From positions 224,001 through 288,000 of the forward strand of contig CAVXTM010000015.1 of the NCBI GenBank assembly GCA_963764725.1: a DNA stretch of 64,000 bases, given 5' to 3'. The stretch is from an uncultured Gammaproteobacteria bacterium (lineage in GTDB: Bacteria; Pseudomonadota; Gammaproteobacteria; JACCXJ01). A model generated the notes under the pieces. That model had not been told where the DNA came from. It searched no databases and saw nothing but the letters and a program-made list of their open reading frames with translations. The position numbers and the translations under genes are program-made. Of this stretch, positions 23,114 through 32,430 are shown in pieces; the stretch's first letter is position 1; every line of letters begins with the position of its first letter.

Positions 23114-23433
23114 AAAGCCGCGCCGCCTTAAAACGACGGAACCAACGACATCGTGATGTCGCCGCTCGAGTTGACGCCGGCAGGCTCTCCGGCGCCGTCA
23201 TCGCGAACGCAGCGCTGTGGTCGAAAACCGGCGTCCAGGAGATGGCTTCAGCGTACGGGGAGCTGCTGGGTCGGATGACCGAGCCCTGCGCGGACCCTAC
23301 GGAACTGCTGTCGAGGCGCCTCTCATACTCCTGAGCAGGAGGGTTGGTTCACCGACCACGGTGCGCCGGTAGTCTGCAGCGATGCGAGGGCGTTCCTGCA
23401 ACGGCAGCCGAAAAAGCGGTAGGATGACCTGTC

Positions 23434-23796
23434 ATGGAGATCTTCAAGGAATTCTCGATCGAGGCCGCGCACCTCCTTCCTAACGTCCCCGAAGACCACA
23501 AGTGCCGCCGCCTGCACGGCCACTCGTTCCGCATCGCAATCCATGTCCGTGGCGCGCTAGGACCAAAAAGCGGTTGGGTCATGGATTTCGCCGACGTGGG
23601 AGAGAGATTCCAGCCGCTTTTCGAGAGGCTGGATCATCACTGTCTCAACGACATCGAGGGCCTGGAGAATCCGACCAGCGAGAACCTGGCCCGTTGGATC
23701 TGGCAGCGGCTGAAACCCGACCTTTCGCAGCTTACAAAAGTCGTGGTCCGCGAGACCTGCACGGCCGGTTGTGTTTACCAGGGCGAGGAGGAGTGA
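23434..23796 (+). CDS. queD: 6-carboxy-5,6,7,8-tetrahydropterin synthase
   Basis: [35 protein letters not shown]. Confidence 0.93.
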   Translation: MEIFKEFSIEAAHLLPNVPEDHKCRRLHGHSFRIAIHVRGALGPKSGWVMDFADVGERFQPLFERLDHHCLNDIEGLENPTSENLARWIWQRLKPDLSQLTKVVVRETCTAGCVYQGEEE

Positions 23797-23824
23797 GAGG
23801 GTGTGATAAACCCTGGGTCTGATG

Positions 23825-25126
23825 TCACCGATCGGACCCGGTGATAAGGCGCGTGCCGCGCTCGAAGGTTAGGTACGACCAAAGCCACTGCAGGGCGACG
23901 ATCAGCCGGTTTCGCAGACTGATGAGAAAATAAATGTGCGCGAGGCCCCAGATCCACCAGGCGAGGTTTCCTTTAAGGCGCAGCCAGCCGAAGTCAACGA
24001 CCGCCGATTTGCGCCCGACGGTGGCGAGGTTGCCCCGGTTGCGATAGCGAAACGCCGGAGGCGCGGCCTGCCCCGCGATCCGCGCCTGGATCCGCCGCGC
24101 GACGTAGACACCCGCTTGTTTGGCGGCCGGAGCAATCCCGGGTACCGGCCTGCCCTGGGGGTCCCGCATGAGCGCGGCATCGCCGATCACGAACACGTTG
24201 GGTAAGCCCGGTACGGAGAGGTCGGGCTGCACGATGACACGGCCGGCTCGATCCTGCTCGACGCCCAGCCACTGCGCCGCCGGCGCGGCCGCGACGCCCG
24301 CCGCCCAGAGGATGGTGGCCGCCGCGATTGGGCTGTCGCCGAGGATCACACCGCCTGCGTCGCAAGCCGTCACCGGCTGGCCCAAGCGTACCTCCACGCC
24401 GAGCCGCCCGAGCGAGGCGAGGGCGAACTGCGAGAGGGCCTTGGGGAAGGCCGCCAGCACGCGCGGGCCGGCCTCGACGAGCAGGATGCGGGCGCTGCGC
24501 GGATCGATATGGCGGAAGTCAGCCGAGAGCGCCTTGCGCGCCAGCTCCGCGATAGCCCCGGCCAGCTCCACCCCTGTCGGTCCCGCGCCGACGATAACGA
24601 AGGTCAGCAGGCGTTTCCGCTCGCGCTCATCGGTTTCCATCTCGGCCCGCTCGAAGGCCAAGAGGATGCGCCGGCGGATCTCCGTGGCATCGTCGAGGTG
24701 CTTGAGCCCGGGGGCAAACGGCTCCCAGTCTCTGTGGCCAAAGTAGTCGTGCCTGACTCCTGTAGATAACACCAGATAATCATAGGGGAGCGATCGCTCG
24801 CCCATGTGCAACACTTGCCGCGCCGTATCGACCGCGGTCACTTCGCCCAGCAAGACCCGCGCGTTCGGCTGGCGCCGCAGCAGGCGGCGGATGGGCCAAG
24901 CGATATCGCCCGGAGAGAGGGCGGCGGTGGCGACCTGATAGAGCAGCGGCTGAAACAAATGGTAGTTCTGACGATCCACGACGGTGACGGCGGCCGGAGC
25001 GCGGGCTAGAGCCTTTGCGGCGGCCAGTCCGCCGAATCCGGCCCCGACGATCACTACCTGTGGCTTGCGGTCCGGCGATGATTTTTTACTTACCGCATCC
25101 GGGGGCGTGTTTTCATTCCCGACCAT
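23825..25126 (-). CDS. ndh: Type II NADH dehydrogenase-like FAD/NAD oxidoreductase
   Basis: GAGFGG, HLFQPLLYQVAT, GAGPTGVELAG, LWAAGV, FVIGD. Confidence 0.88.
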   Translation of the reverse strand: MVGNENTPPDAVSKKSSPDRKPQVVIVGAGFGGLAAAKALARAPAAVTVVDRQNYHLFQPLLYQVATAALSPGDIAWPIRRLLRRQPNARVLLGEVTAVDTARQVLHMGERSLPYDYLVLSTGVRHDYFGHRDWEPFAPGLKHLDDATEIRRRILLAFERAEMETDERERKRLLTFVIVGAGPTGVELAGAIAELARKALSADFRHIDPRSARILLVEAGPRVLAAFPKALSQFALASLGRLGVEVRLGQPVTACDAGGVILGDSPIAAATILWAAGVAAAPAAQWLGVEQDRAGRVIVQPDLSVPGLPNVFVIGDAALMRDPQGRPVPGIAPAAKQAGVYVARRIQARIAGQAAPPAFRYRNRGNLATVGRKSAVVDFGWLRLKGNLAWWIWGLAHIYFLISLRNRLIVALQWLWSYLTFERGTRLITGSDR

Positions 25127-25195
25127 GCTTTTCTCCTATACCGTTCCGCATTGCAAGCCTGATATGCTTTTCCGTTTATCACGAGCGTTAAGCGC

Positions 25196-25702
25196 TCAGA
25201 CCAGTTGGAATTCCGGCGCATACTTCGCAAGGCCGGCATGCCCTCGCAAGGCCCCCGCGCGCAACTCGATCGCCATGAATACGCCCTCCGCGACGGCGTA
25301 TTCACTCTGGATGCCGTAGTTGCTCGCGGGTACGAAACCAAAGCGCGGATAATAGTTCGGGTGTCCCAACACCACAACGCCAGCCAAGCCCGCTTTTCGG
25401 CACGCGTCGAGCCCAGCATTAACCAGCAGGGAGCCGATTCCCTGTCGCTGTAGCGCCGGCACTACCGCCATCGGCGCGAGACCCGCGACAGGCAAGGCCT
25501 CTCTCTCCGTCTCGACGGTGACTGGGCTGAACAAGATGTGTCCCACCACGTGGTCTTCTCTTACGGCAACGAGGGAGAGGATGATCCTACCGCGAGCGCG
25601 GAGAGTTTCGACAAGCTGGGCCTCTGCCGGGCGGCCGAACGCCTCCTCGTTGAGGTAACGGATCTCGGCGGGATCACTCGGTTTTTCTGGACGTATGATC
25701 AC
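25196..25702 (-). CDS. GNAT N-acetyltransferase (YhbS-like)
   Basis: VGHILFSPV, LAPMAV, QRQGIGS, VLGHPNYYPRFGF. Confidence 0.9.
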   Translation of the reverse strand: MIIRPEKPSDPAEIRYLNEEAFGRPAEAQLVETLRARGRIILSLVAVREDHVVGHILFSPVTVETEREALPVAGLAPMAVVPALQRQGIGSLLVNAGLDACRKAGLAGVVVLGHPNYYPRFGFVPASNYGIQSEYAVAEGVFMAIELRAGALRGHAGLAKYAPEFQLV

Positions 25703-25837
25703 GGTGCTTCGATCCTCTCGCTGTTATCCAGACCCTCACTTCTTTTCCGTCGTCATTCGCGCTAAAGCTGGAGTCCTGAATTCGGTGTCAGAACTGGATT
25801 CCAGGTCGCGGTCAGTCCGCTCCATTACCCGACCCCG

Positions 25838-27250
25838 TCAAACCCCGCAGGTAGCTAGCTCCGATCCGGCCGGCGCAGGGTGCTCGGTCTTGCCAGTCCC
25901 GTCCGGATCACGGTGGAAACGCGCGGTGATGGGCTCGGCCGGCCGCAATGTGATCAGGGGGCGGGGCGCGATTTCCCGATCCGACGTGAGCTGGATGCAG
26001 CCCTGCCGTGCGATCGTCGCCATCACCAGCACGAGCTCGGTCAACGCGAAGGTATTGCCGATGCACACCCGCGCCCCGCCCCCAAAGGGGAAATAGGCGT
26101 AGCGCGGAAGGCCGGCCGGGACATTACCCAACCAGCGCTCCGGGCGAAACGCCTCGGGCTGCTCGTAGTAACGAGGGTTACGGTGCATGACCCAGGGACT
26201 CATGAACACCGTCGCGCCTCTCGGGATGCGATGGCCGTCGAGCAGGACCTCGGCGCGTGCCTCACGGCCGATGGCATAGGCCGGCGGGTAGAGCCTGAGC
26301 CCCTCCTGGACCGCGGCGCGGGTGTAGGGCAGCGCGTCCAGATCGCCGGCGCTCGCCGGGCGCCCGCACAGGGCCCGGCGTGCCTCGGCAGCGAGCGCGC
26401 CGGCTGCGCTGGGGTCCCGCGCGAGCAGGTACCACGTCCAGACCAGCGCGAGGGCCGTGGTCTCGTGAGCCGCCAAGAGCATGGTCATGGCTTCGTCGCG
26501 CACCTGCCGTTCGGAGAGCGGCCGGCCTGCTTCGTCGCGGGCCGCCAGGAGAGCGTCCAAGAGGTTCGGCGGCTCGGTCTTAGAACCGGGGATGTGAGAC
26601 CTACGGCGGCGCTCGGCGATGATGGCATAGACGGCCCCTTCAAGCTGCCGGACCGCGTCGAGATAGCGCCGGTTTCCGGCGGTCGGGATCCAATCGGGCA
26701 GGCGCACCGGAATGCGCAGGCGCAAGATGATCTCCTCGGCCGCGGCCGTGAAGGCCCGCGCCAGACCGAGCGTCCGTTCCGACGGCTCCGCGCCGAAGAA
26801 CGCTCGCATCGCGATACGCAGGGTGAGGCGGGTGAATTCCGCGTGCAGATCGCGCACCTCGCCGTCCCGCCAATCCGCGAGCGCCGCCTCGGCCTCCGCG
26901 ACCATGATCGCGCCGTAGCGCGCCAAATGCTCGCGGTTGAACGACGGCTGCATGAGCAACCGCTGCTGGCGCCAGTAGGCTCCTTCGCTCACCACCAGTC
27001 CCTGCCCGAACAACGCCCGCACCCGGCTCCAGAAGAAACGGTGCTTGATGAACCTCTCATGCTGCCGGACGAGCACCGTTTCGATGTGCACGGGATGGTT
27101 GATCAGAAACGCGGTGCGATTCACGAGGCGGAAGCGCACCACATCGCCATAGTCGCGGGCCAAGCGCGTGAAGAACCCCAGCATGTCCTGCGAAAACTCG
27201 CGCAGGTTGCCGAGGAGGAAGCTGCCCTTCGGTCCCGGTGTAGCTGTCAT
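25838..27250 (-). CDS. Cytochrome P450
   Basis: AAHETT I-helix, EGLR (ExxR), FRPERW, FPFGGGARVCIG heme motif; start could extend to 27328. Confidence 0.95.
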   Translation of the reverse strand: MTATPGPKGSFLLGNLREFSQDMLGFFTRLARDYGDVVRFRLVNRTAFLINHPVHIETVLVRQHERFIKHRFFWSRVRALFGQGLVVSEGAYWRQQRLLMQPSFNREHLARYGAIMVAEAEAALADWRDGEVRDLHAEFTRLTLRIAMRAFFGAEPSERTLGLARAFTAAAEEIILRLRIPVRLPDWIPTAGNRRYLDAVRQLEGAVYAIIAERRRRSHIPGSKTEPPNLLDALLAARDEAGRPLSERQVRDEAMTMLLAAHETTALALVWTWYLLARDPSAAGALAAEARRALCGRPASAGDLDALPYTRAAVQEGLRLYPPAYAIGREARAEVLLDGHRIPRGATVFMSPWVMHRNPRYYEQPEAFRPERWLGNVPAGLPRYAYFPFGGGARVCIGNTFALTELVLVMATIARQGCIQLTSDREIAPRPLITLRPAEPITARFHRDPDGTGKTEHPAPAGSELATCGV

Positions 27251-27486
27251 GTTTCGTACAGGTAGGGTGCGATTGCTCGCAGGCAAATGAGGCCAGGGCC
27301 GCTTTGTTTCGTCGGACATCGCCCGCAATATTCGATCTTGGCCCCTTAACTACACATAGGTCGTCGCAATTCTTCGATACGCGGACCCGGCAGGTCGGAA
27401 ACCATTCATTCCGGCTTCACGCCACCATTCGTCAGCAACTCAATTTCGAGATCATGGTGTCGGAGAATCACGATATGGTCATTGAG

Positions 27487-27559
27487 GCGTAACCGCACCA
27501 GCCGAGGGCGGGCGCCGCGCATTTCTCGGCGCCCCCTCTCCAGCGCCTTCTTAGCGCGC
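27487..27559 (-). other. Integron attC site
   Basis: Minus strand: GCGCGCTAAG..GCTGGAG..GGGCGCCG-loop-CGGCGCCC..CTCGGC..GTTACGC, starting at the toxin stop codon. Confidence 0.7.
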
Positions 27560-27859
27560 TTGCCCCTTGGCTTTGGGCCAACGCTGCTGACTGCGTACAT
27601 TGTGTATCACTGCCAAGACATGTACGAGATCGCTGCGAACTGCGTAGAACACACCGTACGGAAAACGCGGCAGCAACGCACGACGAATACCGGCGATCAC
27701 TTCGCCGTACAGCAAAGGCGCTTGCTCAAGACGCTTAAGCTGCAACTCGGTTGCGACCAAGAACTCTTCACCAAGGCCCAGGCTTTGCGATTCGTACCAG
27801 TCATGCGCTTCACCCATTTCACGCAACGCCCGAGCAGAAAACTTTAGGCGGAACGCCAT
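27551..27859 (-). CDS. RelE/ParE-family toxin
   Basis: ALREM..WYESQSLGLGEEF, IRRALLPRFPYGVFY, VLAVIH. Confidence 0.88.
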   Translation of the reverse strand: MAFRLKFSARALREMGEAHDWYESQSLGLGEEFLVATELQLKRLEQAPLLYGEVIAGIRRALLPRFPYGVFYAVRSDLVHVLAVIHNVRSQQRWPKAKGQAR

Positions 27860-28077
27860 GCGCCGTTTCGCAGGTATGACTTCACTTGCTCCCACGAGTA
27901 ACCGGCTTCGGGATTGGCTTCGAACTCTTTCAGCCGCTTTTCGAGTTCCGCCTTTATTTCCGGGGTGACTTCGACAGCTTCTGGAACGGCTGCTATGCTT
28001 TCCCAGATGAGCTCGACAAGGCGAATACGCTCCTGCACAGGAAGTTCAAGGATTTCAGCAACGGAGATTCGCTTCAT
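27844..28077 (-). CDS. Putative addiction module antitoxin (TIGR02574-like)
   Basis: LPVQERIRLVELIWESI, ELEKRL..NP, SWEQVK; overlaps toxin. Confidence 0.88.
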   Translation of the reverse strand: MKRISVAEILELPVQERIRLVELIWESIAAVPEAVEVTPEIKAELEKRLKEFEANPEAGYSWEQVKSYLRNGAWRSA

Positions 28078-28105
28078 GGGCAATAGGTTAGCACTGCGGC
28101 GGCTG

Positions 28106-28130
28106 GCGCGCTAACCGATTTTGGTTAAAT
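28106..28130 (-). other. Putative integron attI site
   Basis: Minus strand TTTAACCAAAATCG|GTTAGCGCGC; core is complementary to the cassette end GCGCGCTAA. Confidence 0.65.
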
Positions 28131-28349
28131 GGCCCACGAATCACCGACCCCTGATTCCGCATATTCTTTTGGCCGCGATTTCAGGATGAAAGGATTAATG
28201 AGGTCAGACACCACATAAAAAACGCCCCGGAGCTCCCTTGGCGATAAATTCTTCCGGATAGTTGGGATCGAAGCAACGCTTTTTATGTGGTGTCTGACCT
28301 CATTGATCCGGGTCGAATTTTTACACAAAGCGACGTAATTTGGACCGGG

Positions 28350-28460
28350 GTGGTTAAAAGCCCCCGGTTACCCGATTCAGCACACAGCAAACCGCGCCTG
28401 CTCGATCACGTGCGGGACTGCCTGCGCTACCTCAATTACGGCATATGCCGAAAAGGTCAA
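28350..28460 (+). pseudogene. intI: Integron integrase N-terminal remnant
   Basis: KPRLLDHVRDCLRYLNYG resembles the IntI start (RLLDQVRE.IRY.HYS); divergent from attI; rest of gene absent. Confidence 0.7.
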
Positions 28461-28496
28461 TCCTCCCTGAGCCCCGGCAGCGCCGGGGTTACCGAA

Positions 28497-29528
28497 CTAC
28501 GTAAACAGCGATCGAACGTTTACCGTCGAGCGCTCGCCGATACTTTCAAAGTGTCTGTCCAGCCACTCGCTCGCCGCCGCTCGGCCCATCTGGTGCAGAT
28601 GCCGTAGAAAGGCCCATTCGGCATTGAATTTACTCGATGCCGTAAGGCCGCCGAGCCGCTGATCCGCGTAGATGATGTGCAGAAGGACACGCTTGTAGCG
28701 CTTCGGATCCAGCGCTCCTTGATCGAGTAGCCTGGCCACGAAATCAATCGCCCGGAACTCGCTGATCAAGCTCGAATTGAAGGAGATCTCATTGACACGG
28801 TCCATGATCTCCGGCGCCGTGGTGGGTATATCTTCGTGCTCAAGCGGATTAATTTGGACGATGACGATATCGGGATAACGACACCGGTAGAAAAACGGAA
28901 AGAGCACGGGATTCCCCATGTAGCCTCCGTCCCAATAGGCCTCGCCGTCGATCTCGACAGCTTGGAAGAGCAAGGGTAAGCAGGCCGAAGCCATGACTGC
29001 GTCGACGGAAAGCTCCGCATGCTTGAACACCTTGACCTTGCCGGTACGCACGCTGGTTGCGGAGATAAACAGCTTGATGCAGTCACAGCGGTGTAGGCGC
29101 TCGAAATTCACCTGCTGCAGCACCAGATCGCGCAGGGGATTGAGATTCAGCGGATTAAGCTGATAGGGCGAGGCGACGCGGCTCAGGAGGTCGAAGAAGA
29201 GATAGCTGGGCGAGAAATCCAGGCTCCAGTTCCCGGTCAGCATGTCCCAGACCGAGCGTTTGAGCGGGCTCGCCAGAGCCGCCCGGCCGACCGCAACCCA
29301 AAATGCTTCCAGGGCCCGCCGCCCACCCTCGCGCCCGCCCTCCATCATACCGTCCGCGAGGACCACGGCGTTCATCGCGCCGGCGCTGGTCCCGCTGATG
29401 GCCTCGATCTCGACGCGCTCATCTTCAAGAATCGTATCGAGCACGCCCCAGGTGAAGGCGCCGTGCGCCCCTCCGCCCTGGAGCGCGAGATTGATCGGTT
29501 TTGGTTTACTTGGGGTGTTTGTACTCAC
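28497..29528 (-). CDS. Patatin-like phospholipase/esterase
   Basis: QGGGAHGAF, GTSAG, WDGG; start inferred at GTG 29528. Confidence 0.9.
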   Translation of the reverse strand: MSTNTPSKPKPINLALQGGGAHGAFTWGVLDTILEDERVEIEAISGTSAGAMNAVVLADGMMEGGREGGRRALEAFWVAVGRAALASPLKRSVWDMLTGNWSLDFSPSYLFFDLLSRVASPYQLNPLNLNPLRDLVLQQVNFERLHRCDCIKLFISATSVRTGKVKVFKHAELSVDAVMASACLPLLFQAVEIDGEAYWDGGYMGNPVLFPFFYRCRYPDIVIVQINPLEHEDIPTTAPEIMDRVNEISFNSSLISEFRAIDFVARLLDQGALDPKRYKRVLLHIIYADQRLGGLTASSKFNAEWAFLRHLHQMGRAAASEWLDRHFESIGERSTVNVRSLFT

Positions 29529-29550
29529 CGCGCCGCTTGTCCGAGGAGCG

Positions 29551-30333
29551 CTAATGCGCGGTCCAGCCGCCGTCGACCGGAAGCGCCGCACCCGTGATCT
29601 GGGCCGCGGCATCGCTCGCGAGGAAGACCGCCAATTGACCCAGGTCCTCCGGCTTGACGAATTGCTTGGTGGCTTGGGCCGCCAGCAGCACGTCTCGAAT
29701 CACCGCCTCACGGCTTATGCCGCGCGCCTTAGCGGTGTCGTCGATCTGGCCCTCGACCAGCGGCGTGAACACATAACCGGGACAGATCGCGTTACAGGTG
29801 ATCCCGTGCTCCGCGACTTCGAGTGCCACGGTCTTCGTGAGACCGAGCAGCCCATGCTTCGCGGCGACATAAGCGGACTTGAAGGGCGAGGCCACGAGCG
29901 CGTGCGCCGAGCCGATGTTGATGATACGTCCCCAGCGCCGGGCCTTCATGGCCGGTAACAAGGCGCGAATCGTGTGGAACGCCGACGACAAGTTTATCGC
30001 GAGGATGGCGTCCCATTTCTCCGGGGGAAAGTCTTCGATCGGCGCGACGTGCTGAATGCCCGCGTTGTTCACCAAAATATCGACCGCGCCGAAGGCGGCG
30101 AGCGCCTCTTGCGCCATGCTGGCTATCTCACTCGGCTTGGACATATCGGCACCGTGATACAGTGCGCGGACGCCGTGCCCGGACTCGAGTCCCAGCCTCA
30201 GCTTCTCGATCTCATCCGTGTTTCCGAATCCGTTCAAGACGATATTGCAGCCCGCCTCAGCCAAGGCCTTGGCGATCGCAAGCCCTATCCCACTCGTCGA
30301 GCCAGTCACGATCGCCGTTTTACCGTTTAACAT
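29551..30333 (-). CDS. bdhA: D-3-hydroxybutyrate dehydrogenase
   Basis: TGSTSGIG, NNAGIQHV, SPFKSAYVAAKHG, CPGYVFTPLV. Confidence 0.9.
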   Translation of the reverse strand: MLNGKTAIVTGSTSGIGLAIAKALAEAGCNIVLNGFGNTDEIEKLRLGLESGHGVRALYHGADMSKPSEIASMAQEALAAFGAVDILVNNAGIQHVAPIEDFPPEKWDAILAINLSSAFHTIRALLPAMKARRWGRIINIGSAHALVASPFKSAYVAAKHGLLGLTKTVALEVAEHGITCNAICPGYVFTPLVEGQIDDTAKARGISREAVIRDVLLAAQATKQFVKPEDLGQLAVFLASDAAAQITGAALPVDGGWTAH

Positions 30334-30601
30334 AACCGTTCTCCCCGTCATGCGGATGTCGCATTGGTAAGATGAGCGCGACGATACCAATATGCCAATA
30401 GTGGCTTGCCTTGAAGGTCATAAGTGCTTGCCACGAAAACGCTCTCGGGCTCTGGCCCAGGGACATTTATTACCCGAACGTATCGGCCATTGTCGGGCGT
30501 TATTCGGTCAGTGTAGCAGTGGCGACTCGTTCAATAAAGATAGCAGGGACACGGCTTTCTCATAGCTGACAACTCCACGGGTGGCGGATCCAAGCTGTTG
30601 C

Positions 30602-32005
30602 CTACGGCTCGGTAGCACCCGTATACTGAAACTCCAGTATGGCTCCGGGATTATTTAATGTTCTTGTCCACCCGGTTGTTGGTCCTGATGTAGTCCCGGA
30701 GTTATCAGTTGACACATAAAATGTAACTCCGTCGGGATTCAAAGCAACATCACGGTAACGGTTTTCTGTGAACCAGTAGCCCACTGCATTACCAACAATT
30801 GAATTACCATTAGCGCTCAGCTTCAACCTGTACATACCTCCTGTCTTGAGGCTGATGACCAATAATGAATTAGCCCAACCAGGGATACCTCCCGTAGTCT
30901 TTGCATAAATATCTAGGCTTGATGGCGCTACGGTTGGCCAGCAGATGGAGTATTTTCCAGTGCAGGCGGGATCCTGGAAATTATACCCATTCTCAACAGT
31001 AAATAGGGTTTTAATGGGCGCCACAAAACCCGGGTTTGTCCACGAACTTTCGGCATAGGCTGGAACAGAAGGAGGAATCGTGTAATCACTAAACGTTAAC
31101 GAAGCGCAGGGTGTAGGTGATGATGCCGACCAGTTACCGTATTCATAGGCCTGGTCATCGTTATAGCCTGCCACACGCGGCCAGCCGTAGTTTTTTCCTG
31201 CCTGTATAATATTTATTTCATCATCAGATTTGGGACCATGTTCATCGGCATATAGTTTTCCGTTGGGTCCAAATACAATACCCTGCGCATTGCGGTGACC
31301 ACGGGTATAAATATGACTTCTGACACCAGAAAATAACGGGTTAGCAGAAGGAATGGAACCGTCTAGATTCAGTCGCAAAATTTTTCCTTGGTATTGTGCC
31401 CAGTCCCGTTTCGAAACTTGTCCAGCGCTTGGAACTTCCTGAGAACGGATGGGATTGCATTTATTCCCGAACTGGTTTGCTCCCATATCACCGATTGTAT
31501 AGTACAATTTTAGATCAGGTCCGATTTTTAAACGTCCGGAGTTGTGGTCGTTGCTTGCTGGAAGATTGTTTATCAGATCGCGTGGACTTCCAAGGGTTTT
31601 GGTGCCGGAATTATAAGTATATCTCCTGATCTTGGTTCGCCTTTTAACACCTGCAGCGGGGTCAGCGTCGTAGGTGTAGGCAACGTATACCCAATCTTTG
31701 CCGGTTCCCTTCAGCAGTTGTGGATGAAGTGCCATACCCATCAACCCATCCTGGCCCCCTGATTGATAAACCTCAGAAATAGTTACGGCAACTGTCTTGA
31801 TCCCTGTAATGGGATGAACTCTTGTTACTCGCTTAGCTACTCTTTCAGTGACCCAGATGAATCCATCAGGACCATAGGTTATTTCCCAGGGAAACTGAAG
31901 GCCGGTTGCGACAATGCGAAAATTAAACGGTTCGTCCTGCGAGAAAACAGGGTTTGAGAAAAGGCTAAAGATGACTGGGAAAAGAATAGTTATCCTGGCT
32001 TTCAT
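30602..32005 (-). CDS. Secreted PQQ-dependent glucose/sorbosone dehydrogenase (sGDH-like)
   Basis: Signal peptide; QDGLMGMALHP, HNSGRL, GKILRLNLDGSIP, GHRNAQG, GKNYGWP, RYRDV. Confidence 0.88.
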   Translation of the reverse strand: MKARITILFPVIFSLFSNPVFSQDEPFNFRIVATGLQFPWEITYGPDGFIWVTERVAKRVTRVHPITGIKTVAVTISEVYQSGGQDGLMGMALHPQLLKGTGKDWVYVAYTYDADPAAGVKRRTKIRRYTYNSGTKTLGSPRDLINNLPASNDHNSGRLKIGPDLKLYYTIGDMGANQFGNKCNPIRSQEVPSAGQVSKRDWAQYQGKILRLNLDGSIPSANPLFSGVRSHIYTRGHRNAQGIVFGPNGKLYADEHGPKSDDEINIIQAGKNYGWPRVAGYNDDQAYEYGNWSASSPTPCASLTFSDYTIPPSVPAYAESSWTNPGFVAPIKTLFTVENGYNFQDPACTGKYSICWPTVAPSSLDIYAKTTGGIPGWANSLLVISLKTGGMYRLKLSANGNSIVGNAVGYWFTENRYRDVALNPDGVTFYVSTDNSGTTSGPTTGWTRTLNNPGAILEFQYTGATEP

Positions 32006-32084
32006 AGAATGCCTCTGTAGTGAAAAATTTAAAGAGTGGGCTGAACGGACCGGTAAGCGTCAGGTCGCCAGCGCGTAGGATGCG

Positions 32085-32270
32085 TTTTTCCGGTCAATCT
32101 CGCCGAGCGGAAGGGTAACCGTTTGCTGGTCAATGGCATTGATGAGTTGGGGTGGCCTTTGGGTACGTCAGGGAAAAGCATCCATTCCGGTTGGATGCGG
32201 TGGTCGTCTTGCCGGATCATTTGTATTTGGACGTTACCTCCCTGTGACACGGATTTTTCCACACATTAGA
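32085..32270 (+). pseudogene. REP-associated tyrosine transposase (RAYT) remnant
   Basis: Frameshifted fragments VNLAERKGNRLLV, KHPFRLDAVVVLPDHL, IWTLPPCDTDFST. Confidence 0.7.
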
Positions 32271-32430
32271 ATTCGCCGAACGGAGGCATTTCTCGTGCCA
32301 TCGCAAGAGGCAAACGAATTTCTCAAAGCAGGCGAAACGAAGAGCACGAAGTTTGTGTGGCGCTGGCCTTTTAGTCGGTATCCTGGCCGCGACTGGCTAT
32401 AGCGGTGCGTCGTCGCGAGAAAAGAACAGC

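Noticed and set aside
23300-23433. preQ1 riboswitch upstream of queD
   Set aside because: No recognisable preQ1 stem with A-rich tail; an Rfam scan would be needed
25751-25810. Degenerate GTCATTCCCGCG-type palindromic repeat
   Set aside because: Too decayed and single-copy in this window to support as a feature
25880-27265. Long antisense ORFs (also 34975-36438, 39197-40306, 44652-45704, 56221-57681, 60037-60909)
   Set aside because: Shadows of real GC-rich genes on the opposite strand; no motifs of their own
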